Below, piece after piece: positions 48,284 through 60,424 of a DNA stretch of 64,000 nt; position 1 is the stretch's first letter, and each line of letters opens with the position of its first letter. Below the pieces are notes generated by a model that saw nothing but the letters and a program-made list of their open reading frames with translations, was not told the DNA's origin and searched no databases. The stretch covers positions 150,228,001 through 150,292,000 of the forward strand of contig CM059432.1 of the NCBI GenBank assembly GCA_030390025.1, read 5' to 3'. Source of the DNA: Squalus acanthias (Eukaryota). The position numbers and the translations under genes are program-made.

Positions 48284-49938
48284 GGAAGCAAAATATTGCA
48301 AATACTGGAAATCTGAAATAGAAACAGAAAATGCTGGAAATACTCAGCAGGTCAGGCAGCATCTGTGGAGAGAGAAACAGAATTAACATTTCAGGTCGAT
48401 GAACTTTCATCAGAATTGGAAAAAGTTAGAGATGTAACAGGTTTTAAGCAAGTACAGAGGCAGAGAAAGGGGGGAGGGGAGGAAAGAGAGGAAAGAGAAG
48501 ATCTGTATTTCTATCACGACGACCAAAAGTCCAAAAGCACTTTACAGCCAATGAAGTACTTCTGAAGTGTAGTCAATGTTGTAATGTAGGAAACAAAAGG
48601 GAAGGTCTGTGATAGGATGGAAGGCAGGAGAGATTAAATGAGAAAAGGGATGATGGTGCAAGGCAAAAGGAGATGGTAATGGGACAAGTAAAGAAACAAA
48701 ATATGGGTCCAGAGGAGGTGTAAATGGGGAATAGCAGAATCAACAGCTGCCGTCCAACAAAATGGAGACAGAGGTTATGATCTGAAATTGGTGAACTCAA
48801 TGTTGAGTCCGGAAGGCTGTAAAGTGCTTAATCAAAAGATGAGGTGCTGTTCCTCGAGCTTCACTGGAACAGTGCAGAAGGCCAAGGACAGAGAGGTCAG
48901 ACTGGGAGTGGAGCAGAGAATTAAAATGTCAGGCAGCCAGAAGCTCAGGGTCACTCTTGCGGACTGAACGGAGGGGTCACCCAATCTGCTTTTGGTCTCC
49001 CCAATGTAGATGTGACGGAGATGGAGAAACTGGGAGAATGGAATAGAGTCCTTACAGGAAGCGGGGTGGAAGGAAGTGTAGTCAAAGATAGCTGTGCGAG
49101 TCCCTCCACGACACTCTGCTCCACTCCTCAATCACCCCCAACACCCTCTCCCCTTCCTACGACACCTTCCTGTTCAAGCACAGGAGATGTAACACCTGCC
49201 CTTTTACCTCCTCCCTTCCCTCCGTCCAGGGCCCCAAACACTCCTTCCAGGTGAAATAGCGATTTACTTGTACTTCTCTCAATTTAGTATACTGCATTCA
49301 CTGCTTACGATGTGGTCTCCTCTACATTGGGAGATGTAGATTGGTTGACCGCTTTGCAGAACACCTCTGTTCAGTCCGCAAGCATGACCCCGAGCTTCCG
49401 GTTGCCTGTCAGTTTAATTATCCGCTCCACTCCCACTCTGACCTCTCTGTCCTCAGCCTCCTACACTGTCCCAATGAAGCTCAATGTAAGCTTGAGGAAC
49501 AGAATCTCATCTTTCGATTAGGCACTTTACAGCCTTCCGGACTCAACACTGAGTTCATCAATTTGAAATCATAACCTCTGCCCCCATTTTTTCGGATGGC
49601 AGCAGTTGATGATTCTGCTATTCCCCATTTACATCTCCTCTAGACCCACCCTTTGTTTCTTAACTTGTCCCATTACCATCTCCTTTCGCCTTGCACCATC
49701 ATCCCTTTTGTCTCTTAATCTCTCCTGCCTTCCACCCTATCACAGACCTTCCCTTTTGTTCTTTCCTCCCCTCCCCCCTTTCCCTGCCTCTGTACTTGCT
49801 TAGAACCTGTTACATCTCTAACCTTTTCCAGTTCTGATGAAAAGTCATCGACCTGAAATGTTAACTCCGTTTCTCTCTCTACAGTTGCTGCCTGACCTGC
49901 TGAGTATTTCCAGCATTTTCTGTTTTTAGAATATATAT
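48284..49938. mobile_element. Penelope-like element, inverted arrangement with GIY-YIG endonuclease remnants
   Basis: NLVYCIHCLRCGLLYIG...RFAEHL...LEEQNLIFRLGTLQPSGLN on + and YIGETK..LEEQHLIF on -; inverted pseudo-LTRs with hammerhead motifs at 48381-48417 (-) and 49830-49866 (+); 12-bp duplication agtatacaaatc (48272-48283, 49939-49950). Confidence 0.9.
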
Positions 49939-50354
49939 AGTATACAAATCAGTCCAGGTTGCTGTCATGCACCACTTTGTACACAGCTGAAAGGGTGGCG
50001 AAACTGGTAGAAGGTTATTAATCAGAGAATGATGGGTGCTATGGAACCGACTGGGAAGGTGGGGGTGGGGGGGGTTGGAGAAGGAATACATTTACAGAAG
50101 GGGGAGGCAAATAAAGGAACTATATTCTTTATATTCTTCCTGCAGTCTGACCCCATTCTCAGCCTGATACAGCAGGTTATTATGTCACTACTCCATGTCA
50201 GATGGAGACAAGGTGAGGAATACAGAACTAGCAGGAATAGGGAATCTACTTGCTAATTATAACATTTGTTCAATAGAATAATGTACTGGGGGCATGTTAA
50301 ATTTACATTTTTAAAAGAAAAGGAAGGGATGTGGGTCCCTGTTATATAATTTTA

Positions 50355-53300
50355 AAAAAAATTCATTCATGGGATGTGGGCGTCGCTGGCGAGGCCGGCA
50401 TTTATTGCCCATCCCTAATTGCCCTTGAGAAGGTGGTGGTGAGCCACCTTCTTGAACCGCTGCAGTCCGTGTGGTGATGGTACTCCCACGGTGCTGTTAG
50501 GGAGGGAGTTCCAGGATTTTGACCCAGTGACGATGAAGGATCGGCGATATATTTCCAAGTCAGGATGGTGTGTGACTTGGAGGGGAACTTGGAGGTGGTG
50601 GTGTTTCCATGCGCTTGCTGCCCTTGTCCTTCTAGGTGGTAGAGGTCGCGGGTTTGAGAGGTGCTGCTGAAGGAGCCTTGGCGAGTTGCTGCAGTGCATC
50701 TTGTAGATGATACACACTGCAGCCCCGATATGCCAGTGGTGGAGGGAGTGAATGTTTAAGGTGGTGGATGGGGTGCCAGTCAAGCGGGCTGCTTTGTCCT
50801 AGATGGTGTCGAGCTTCTTGAGTGTTGTTGGAGCTGCACTCATCCAGGCAAGTGGAGAGTATTCCATCACACTCCTTACTTGTGCCTTGTAGATGGTGGA
50901 AAAGATTTGGGGAGTCAGGAGGTGAGACACTCGCTGTAGAATACCCAGCCTCTGACCTGCTCTTGTTGCCACAGTATTTATGTGGCTGGTCCAATTAAGT
51001 TTCTGGTCAATGGTGACCACCCAGGTTGTTGATGGTGGGGGATTCGGCGATGGTAATGCCGTTGAATGTCAAGGGGAGGTGGTTAGACTCTTGCTTGTTG
51101 GAGATAGTCATTGCTTGGCACTTGTGTGGCGTGAATGTTACCTGCCACTTATCAGCCCAAGCCTGAACGTCGTCCAGGTCTTGTTGCATGCGGGCATGGA
51201 CTGCTTCATTATCTGAGGAGTTGCAAATGGCACTGAACACTGTGCAGTCATCAGCGAACATCCCCATTTTTGACCTTATGATGGAGGGAAGGTCATTGAT
51301 GAAGCAGCTGAAGATGGTTGGGCCTAGGACACTGCCCTGAGGAACTCCTGCAGCGATGTCCTGGGGCTGTGATGATTGACCTTCAATCACTACAACCATC
51401 TTCTTTTGTGCTAGGTATGACTCCAGCCAGTGGAGAGTTTTCCCCTCGATTCCCATTGACTTCAGTTTTACTGGGGCTCCTTGATGCCACACTCGGTCAA
51501 AGGCTGCCTTGATGTCAAGGGCAGTCACTCTCACCTCACCTCTGGAATTCAGCTCCTTTGTCCATGTTTGGACCAAGTCTGTAATGAGGTCGGGAGCCGA
51601 GTGGTCTTGGTGGAACCCAAACTGGGCATCAGTGAGCAGGTTATTGGTGAGTAAGTGCCGCTTGATAGCAGTGTTGACGACACCTTCCATCACTTTGCTG
51701 ATGATTGAGAGTAGACTGATGTGGCGGTAATTGGCCGGATTGGATTTGTCCTGCTTTTTGTGGACAGGACATACCTGGGCAGTTTTCCACATTGTCGGAG
51801 AGATGCCAGTGTTGTAGCTGTACTGGAACAGCTTGGCTAGAGGCGCGGCTAGTTCTGGAGCACAAGTCTTCAGCACGACAGCCGGGATGTTGTCGGGGCC
51901 CATAGACTTTACTGTATCCAGTGCCCTCAGCCGTTTCTTGATATCGCGTGGAGTGAATCGAATTGGCTGAAGACTGGCTGCTATGATGGTGGGGACCTCA
52001 AGACGAGGCCGATATGGATCATCCACTCAGCACTTCTGGCTGAAGATGGTTGCAAACGCTTCAGCCTTGTCTTTTGCACTCACGTGCTGGGCTCCACCAT
52101 CATTGAGGATGGGGATATTCATGGAGCCTCCTCCTCCCGTTAGTTGTTTAATGGTCCACCACCATTCACGACTGGATGTGGCAGGACTGCAGAGCTTTGA
52201 TCTGATCCATTGATTGGGGGAAATCGCTTAGCCCTGTCTAAAGCATGCTGCTTCCGCTTTTTAGCATGCATGTAGTCCTGTGTTGCAGCTTCCCCAGGTT
52301 AGCAACTTATTTTTAGGTACGCCTGGTGCTGCTCCTGGCATGCTTTTCTACACTCCTTATTAAACCAGGGTTGGTCACCTGGCTTGATGGTAATGGTAGA
52401 GTGAGGGATATGCCGGGCCATGAGGTTACAGATTGCGGTGGAATACAATTCTGCTGCTGCTGATGGCCCACAACATCTCATGGATGCCCAGTTTTGAGCT
52501 GCTAGATCTGTTCTGAATCTATCCCATTTAGCACGGTGGTAGTGCCACACAACACGATGGAGGGTGTCCTCAGTGAGAAGACGGGACTTCGACTCCACAA
52601 TGACTGTGCGGTGGTCACTGCTACCAATACTGTCATGGACAGATGCATCTGCGACAGGCAGATTGGTGAGGACGAGGTCAATTAGGTTTTTCCCTCATGT
52701 TGGTTCTCTCACCACCTGTCACAGGCCCAGACTGGCAGCTATGTCCTTCAGGACTCGGCCAGCTCGGTCAGTAGTGGTGCTACCGAGCCACTCTTGGTGA
52801 TGGACGTTGAAGTCCCCCACCCAGAGTACATTCTGTGCCCTCGTTACTCTCAGTGCTTCTTCCAAGTGGTGTTCAACATGGAGGAGTACTGATTCATCAG
52901 CTGAGGGAGGGCGGTAGGTGGTAATCAGCAGGAGGTTTCCTTGCCCATGCTTGACCTGAAGCCATGAGACTTCATGGGGTCTGGAGTCAATATTGAGGAC
53001 TTCCAGGGCCACTCCTTCCCGACTGTATACTACTGTGCCGCCACCCCTGGTGGGTCTGTGCTGCCGGTGGGACAGGACATACCCAGGGATGGTGATGCAG
53101 GAGTTTGGGACATTGGCTGAAAGGTATGATTGTGAGTATGACTATGTCAGGCTGTTGCTTGACTAGTCTGTGGGACAGATCTCCAAATTTTGGCACAACT
53201 CCCCAGATGTTGGTGAGGAGGACTTTGCAGGGTCGACTGGGCTGGGTGTGCCGTTGTCGTGTCTGTAGCCGGTGCCGAGGTCGATGCCAGGTGGTCTGTC

Positions 53301-53503
53301 CGGTTTTATTCCTATTATTGTGTTTTGTAGCGGTTTGTTACAACTAAGTGGTTTGCTAGGCCATTTCAGAGGGCAGTTACGAGTTAACCACATTGCTGTG
53401 GGTCTGGAGTCACATTTTGGCCAGATCAGGTAAGGACGGCAGATTTCCTTCCCTAAATTATCGGATTGTCGTAAAAACCCATCTGGTTCACTAATGTCCT
53501 TTA
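50355..53503 (-). mobile_element. CR1/L2-group LINE, nearly complete single ORF (endonuclease + RT), disrupted
   Basis: TYRPP, WVGDFN, GPDNIP, ALDIKAAFDRVWH, GVPQGSVLGP, MFADD; several frameshifts and stops. Confidence 0.92.
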
Positions 53504-53952
53504 CAAGTTACAAATTACAAGTTATGCAAACAACAGTAGAATAAAAGCTGCAAACTAATGAAAACCCTGAAGTCTTGTTAAACTCCACAACTAATCTAAT
53601 AGAGTGGATTTAACAAAAAAATGTAGCATGTTTTCACAAATCGTTATTAATATCAGTTGATATCAAATGTTATATTTACTCAGCATACTGTTTTACCTAT
53701 CTAAGGCATTCTTAAAAAGTTGAGGGGGGAAACATCTGTGCATAGGTGGTCAGAAGGAATGAGGGGAACTAAGAGAGGAAGGGAACAGCATTGGATTTGC
53801 TGCACAGTTCAATGCATTTGAGAAAATTGTACTGCTCTTCCCCTGCAGTTTGTGGTTTTAAGAACAGACCAGTAGACCAGAATGGGAATGTCATTACTTC
53901 AGCTTACGTGCAAGTACAATTTGTCTCAACTATTCTTCAAGTGAAAAATATA

Positions 53953-54211
53953 GGGCTGGATTTTGATACTGGGGCGGGTTGGGGTCGTGTCATCCGCATT
54001 TCGTGTTATCCACCCGACTGCAATTGGATGTGGGAGATTGATGCAATTTTCACCTAATTGGGCAATTGAGTTCCAGCATGTGGGAACCCATGAACCAATT
54101 AGTGTTTTCAGTCTGAAAGTCGCCTCTGATGATGTCATCATTGCTGCTGCATTGCAGGTCAGAGACTGCCTGACCTTTGCTGTGAGAGGACCTGGATGCA
54201 AAATGAGCAGC

Positions 54212-54252
<41 letters not shown>

Positions 54253-54712
54253 TTTTTTTTCATCCAGGTCCTCTCACAACAAAGGCCAGGCAGTCTCTGA
54301 AGACATTCAATGCAGCAGCATCAGAGGCAACTTTCAGACCTAATACTACTACTACCTTCATCACATCTCCATTGTAATAGTGGACCTGCAGCTGATAGTC
54401 AGCTATCCACTTGTGCTCCCGCCAGGTTTCACTGGCGTGTTTCACATCAGGCGTACTTCACGTGGGAAAAGGGTTAAACTAGCTAAAACGTTTCAAAATG
54501 GCATTACAGAGCCAATTTAGGGCTTGTTAAGGGCTTTAATGGCCTCTCCCGCCTCTTGGAGGCGGGACGGAGTCGGGAACACCGCGCCCGATTTTGTCAA
54601 AATTGCGTGGAGGCGGAATGCAGTCGGGATCAGGTCCGCCCGCCACTTTTCGCTATTTTAACCCCCCACACGCCTCCAAACCCGACTCCACGGGTCATTA
54701 AAAAGCCAGCCC
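53953..54712. mobile_element. Harbinger-type MITE with internal hairpin and (AG)n
   Basis: Ends gggctggattttgat / attaaaaagccagccc, ATA duplication (53950-53952, 54713-54715). Confidence 0.75.
54214..54249. repeat. (AG)n microsatellite
   Basis: About 17-18 uninterrupted AG units. Confidence 0.95.
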
Positions 54713-54769
54713 ATAGTCTTCAACTCAAAAGGTGTTTAAAATATTATATAGAGGTTTCTTTGGGGGAAA

Positions 54770-55363
54770 AAATTATATTTTCGGTTAACCCTACCCAGCT
54801 GGAGAACTGCCTGGATCCCACCCTTTTCAATTTTAATAGGGGCTTCTGGTCAAGCGGCTAAGCCTCCCGCCCAATGCCAGGGAGGGGGGCTAATTAACAT
54901 ATGCTAATCGGGGTCCAATTACATCATCGGGCCCCAACAGCCATTCTAACTTCGGCCTGAGCGGGATAGCTGCTGTGGGCTTTCCCACCAGGTGAATGCC
55001 ATCATGAAGAGGATCGGGAAGCTGAAGAGGCCCTCCAGTTAAGTTTTTTTAAACTTTCCTTTGTGGAGCCAGGAGGAGCAGAAGGCCCTCGCTTCCCTGG
55101 ACTCCACCCACCCCGGAACACCCTTCCCCACACTTATCTGAATGCTGGCATGCGACCCAATCTTCTGGAGGCCGGCAGCTGCCTCCCACCCACTTCCTGG
55201 CTGTTCTGAGGCGGCCGTGGACCGGCGGCATGTTAATGGGGCCCGGTGAATAAAATTGCCGTGGCCTCAAAGTGCCACGGGCGGACAGGAATCTAACTGA
55301 AACCAGCGTTTTCCCGCTGGAAAGCTGCAGGCAGTTAAAATGCCCCCCCCCCCCCCCCCCCCC
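54770..55363. mobile_element. GC-rich MITE ending in a poly-C run
   Basis: End gttaaaatgcccc resembles other TIRs in the window; boundaries approximate. Confidence 0.5.
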
Positions 55364-55474
55364 ATTGTCAGAAATTTCAACTGGCTGAACAGCTGAATGA
55401 CACTTGGTATTAGTCCTCGAGAACCAGCCTACATCTTATTGTTCACTATTTAATTAGACTGAATAATTGCCTAC

Positions 55475-55512
55475 CTGTTTTCCACATACAGGCTGTCCTG
55501 GGAACAAGGGGA
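55475..55512 (-). CDS. ARPP21: ARPP21 small exon, 38 nt
   Basis: SPCSQDSLYVEN(S), resembles SVCSQESLFVENS of mammalian ARPP21 as I recall it; tttttctttgcag acceptor, gtaggc donor; needed to keep frame (phase 0 to 2). Confidence 0.9.
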
Positions 55513-56250
55513 CTGCAAAGAAAAATGGAACATTTCAATACATAACTAGCTGCATACTCTTTCATTCCAGCTGAATTCTCCAGAAAATAGTTCAGTAGCA
55601 TTTTGTAGACCAATGTTTGGTTACTAATTTTTCAAACCTTTCTCAGGAGAACACAATCTGTTACCTCTACCAGTCTAGCACTGGACTTCAATCCATAAAC
55701 CACACCGGTTCAAAATCCTGTCTAGGCTAAATGGCCATTTTTCGGATCATTTTATGGTAAAACATACCTCATCTGCCAACAGTCTGGACAAATGGACTGG
55801 ACCATTGAAGCATACCAGTGTGACTGACAGTAACTGTTTATGAGGTACCCAGTCCAGAAAAACCTGCCCTCCCATATGAAGGAGGAAGCAAGACAGTGGT
55901 CATCGGAAAGGGAAAGGATAGAAAAATATCATAGAAGATTAACCACAAGGGCCCTTTTTGTGTTTAAACAAACATGAGGAAAAATTTGTTTTTTTTGCCT
56001 ATTTGTCTTTACATTTGAACTGATTTGTTTAATCAGATGATGCTCATGGCTTCATAAAGGATACTGGTTTGTACGGTTACTATATTCAACAGAGTGCGAT
56101 GCTAAATTGGCATACATAGCTGATTGTGAAGCACCCAGGTTAATGACCATCTTTGTTGATATTTATTGAGCCCTCTCACATAGTTGGGCTCAATAACTTA
56201 TCAAAGTAAGTATCCATCATGATGTCATCAGCTCTCATTTTAAGCAAAAA

Positions 56251-56812
56251 TACTTGAGTACTGTGTGCAGTTTTGGTCGCCTTATCTGAGGAAGGATGTT
56301 CTTGCCATGGAGGGAGTTCAGTGAAGATTCACAAGGCTGATACCTGGGATGGCAGGAATGACATATGAGGAGAGATTGGGTCGATTGGGCTTATACTCGC
56401 TGGAGTATAGAAGAATGAGAGGGGATCTCATCGAAACATATAAAATTCTGACAGGTCTGGACAAACTAGATGCAGGAAGAATGTTCCCGATGGTCGGAGA
56501 GTCCAGAACCAGGGGTCATAATCTAAGGATAAGGGGTAAGCCATTTAGGACAGAAATGAGGAAGAATTTCTTCACCCAGAGAGTGGTGAACCTGTGGAAT
56601 TCTCTACCACAGAAGGTAGTTGAGGCCAAGTCATTAAATATATTCAAGAATGAGTTAGATATATTTCTTAAGGCTAAAGGTATCAAGGGATATGGGGAGA
56701 AGGCAGGGACAGGGTACTGAGTTTGGATGATCAGCCATGATCTCATCGAATGGCGGAGCAGGCTCGAGGGGCCGAATGGCCTACTCCTGCTCCTATCTTC
56801 TATGTATCTATC
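56251..56812 (+). mobile_element. CR1 3' fragment
   Basis: LEYCVQFWSP...YGEKAGTGY*; tail (tctatgta)n same as the element at 22427-25684. Confidence 0.92.
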
Positions 56813-57679
56813 AATTGATTAAAGGGATCTTAAAAATCATAACTTTTTGCAACTGATTTTCAAAAGGAGTGGCAATGGCAAGACTCAAGTAATAAATATT
56901 GCAATAAAACAAATAGCTGAATTAAACAAAAATGCTACCTCAATCAACAGGGTAAATTTTGCACGGCTCTGCTCCTGACGTGGTGCCTCACTCAGTAGGT
57001 GCGGGGATCAGAGAATTGGGATCGGAGGTCGGTGTGGCTGACTCACGGTGCTCCCAATTTTCCAGTCATTAAAATGAATGCCTAGAAAATCAGGCTTGCT
57101 GAGCGTTGGGTGCACTGACCTCTGCATCGTTCCTCTGTGTTGGGAGCCTTGCCTCGCAAAATTTACTCTGACACCGTCAAATGCCAAAAGAGGCAGATCA
57201 AAATATATTTCAATTTAACTGTGCTTCTTTTAATAAATTCATGGTGTCACTCTTAAACAGGAACAAAAAGATTTCAAATTTGAATCTGGTTATACATGGT
57301 GATGTCTGCAACTTGCTTAGAATATATACACACATTCCAGAATTACACTACAGAAATGCTTTTCCGCACACAGTGATAACAGAATGCAGCCATAAAAAGG
57401 GAGGAATAATGGGGATAGAGGGAGAAACAAGAAAAATTGCAGCGGGAACATGTTTAAGCTCATCTCTAATGTATAAGATAAGGAACGAACTAATGCAGCA
57501 ATTTAATTGCAATAAAGAAACTAAGATTCACATCACAAGAGTTATTTTCCTATGTATTCAGTTGTTCCACTTTAATTGCAATGTTGCACATTTGTACAGA
57601 TTATCAGTGAAACACAATTTAGTGCTTGGGGTTAGGTACAATGATTAATTTTAAATGTTTGAAAGGTACATGGCCAGAG

Positions 57680-58065
57680 CTTCCCGATAGCTCAATCAGT
57701 AAAGGCAGTGACTAGCTAAACCGTACAGGCCAGAAGGTCCGAGATTTGATTTCTGGTCTGTGTTCAGTCAGCTGTAGTGACAGAATGTGACGTTAGAACT
57801 AGCCTCAGTGTCCTTGAACAAGGGAGAGAAAATCAGCCAGGGTTCCTGCTCCTGGTCACTATTTAGTGACCCCTGCTATAAAGCGCCTGTGTGGATGTCG
57901 GTGGAGGACAAAGTCGAACTTGGATATGGTGATGTTCCCCATGGTCCAGTGACCTGCCAACACCCATTGTCTAGGCTCACATGATGAATTGCCACTTAAG
58001 CGAGGCACTCGAGGGTTCCCAATGCCCTGGAACTTTACCCCAGCAGAAGTCAGTGCAATAAGATG
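57680..58065 (+). mobile_element. tRNA-derived SINE family; related copies at about 2200-2340 (+) and 40230-40385 (-)
   Basis: A-box-like tagctcaatcag; shared words ggtcc.agatttgat..tggtctgtg, gcct.agtg.cc.tg, ggttcc...tcactat..ag.gacccc. Confidence 0.6.
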
Positions 58066-59346
58066 AGGAGGAAGCAAATTGCAAAAATCCAACACGTTTA
58101 AAAGATAGTTACGATGGATATTTAAACCCCTCAAATAATGAACCTTCCTTTTTAGCTGCCAAATAATCTATAGGGATGAGAAAAGAAAAACTGAATGCTG
58201 GAAAAGCAGAAAACACAGCAAGATTGTGAGCATCTGAAAATAGGAAAGGCTGGCAAAAGGTTTAGGGTTGAGATTCTTTGTGAGAATGAAAGGTTCCAGC
58301 CTTAGACATTAACCTGTCTTTTCTCTTTTCACATACTGACAGGTCTGCTGTGCATGCCCAGCCTTTTCCATCTTTATTTTAAATATATATCCTTTAGTAC
58401 TCAGTTTCAAGACTAACTTTGGTATGCAAACCTGTAGAATTGGCAATAAAATACATAAAGGAATATAGGATTAAACTGAAAGATGTATAGAAAATGTTAT
58501 ACAAATAAGTACCAATTTTCTTACTTATAACAGTAGAAAAATTAGTTTTGATTTTTCAATAGAAACTCTGTCTAATTCCCTCATTCAAAGTGCTGCATGG
58601 GTTTATGATTGATTGCAAATTAATTTCCTTGTTTTAACTTATTTTCCTTCTGCTTAATATTTGCTAATGGTTCCTTGCATTGAAATATATTAGCTGATGA
58701 CAGATAAATGGCCGTTATATATGATTGAAAGCATTCTTATGTGACAATTTTTTTTCTAGCGATGGTACAGTACAAATCACTTTTTTTAGTCCACATTAAA
58801 ATCTCGTTGAATTACACTAATTTAAAACTTCACTTAATTTGAATAGCATTAGGTAACTTCTAATCCCAACTATTTAGTAAACTGTCCTCAATTATTTTTA
58901 TTGTGTTATCAATTTGAATTTTGGAATGCATTAACGGGATGTGTAATACAGAACTTTATTTATGACCTAGTTTTTTTGGAATATTAGCCATATTTGCTTT
59001 ATCTAGTTATGACTTTAGCCTGTCTACAGCCCCGTTTACACTACAGCTGTAAATTTGAAATAATTTTGAATTTACAGCTGTTCTCGTTCAACACTTAAAT
59101 GGTAGCAATTATTTACCCTGATATAAAATCTCTCACCCCCCAACACTGGTTTAAATCCAGCACAGCAGCAAAGGATCTGAATCAGCCTGGTATGAGCAGT
59201 CTGATCCAAATCCCTGCTGAACTCTTGTTCTGCCCAATAAGCCAGCACATCCCTCAGACAGGCAATTTAATTTAATCCTGTTCAGACACATGTACTGGAT
59301 CAGGGTAGAGGTGAGTGCAAACGCGAGGGAGGCCAAATTCAGTTCA

Positions 59347-59580
<234 letters not shown>

Positions 59581-59743
59581 TTAAAATCCCATCCAATTGA
59601 ATTAGTTGAGGTTTTAGCAGATTAGTTAAAGTACACACATTACTGCCGTCATATGTATAAAAGGTTAACTGACTGAGCGGATTAAAAATTGAATAGCTTT
59701 TGCTGCTGGATATTATCAGGAAAAGTTTTATTCTCAAGCTTCA

Positions 59744-59899
<156 letters not shown>

Positions 59900-60180
59900 T
59901 CAAACCAGTTGTCTTCAGAATATTTTCTTATACCACCAACACATAAAAGTCCATAATTACTGATCTGTATTGGGATTTTGGAGGGCTGTGATGGGTGTTG
60001 AGCCTGTGGATAATGCATAGGCTGTAGCAGGAAGGGACAAACTGTAAACGTTGCATAGACTAGATTATTGTGCTAGACTAGGTCCTAGAATCAGGTGTGA
60101 AAATGAACAATAAAAGAGATTCACTTAATATAGAAGACTATGTCTGAAAGAGAATCAACATTAAGAACAAGCGATACTTA

Positions 60181-60390
<210 letters not shown>

Positions 60391-60424
60391 TCATTGACGT
60401 ACTTGAAAATAGTAGATCTCTCAT

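Noticed and set aside
58190..58375. Possible fourth, very old Penelope-like fold-back
   Set aside because: Arms only loosely complementary, hammerhead core not intact, no target duplication seen
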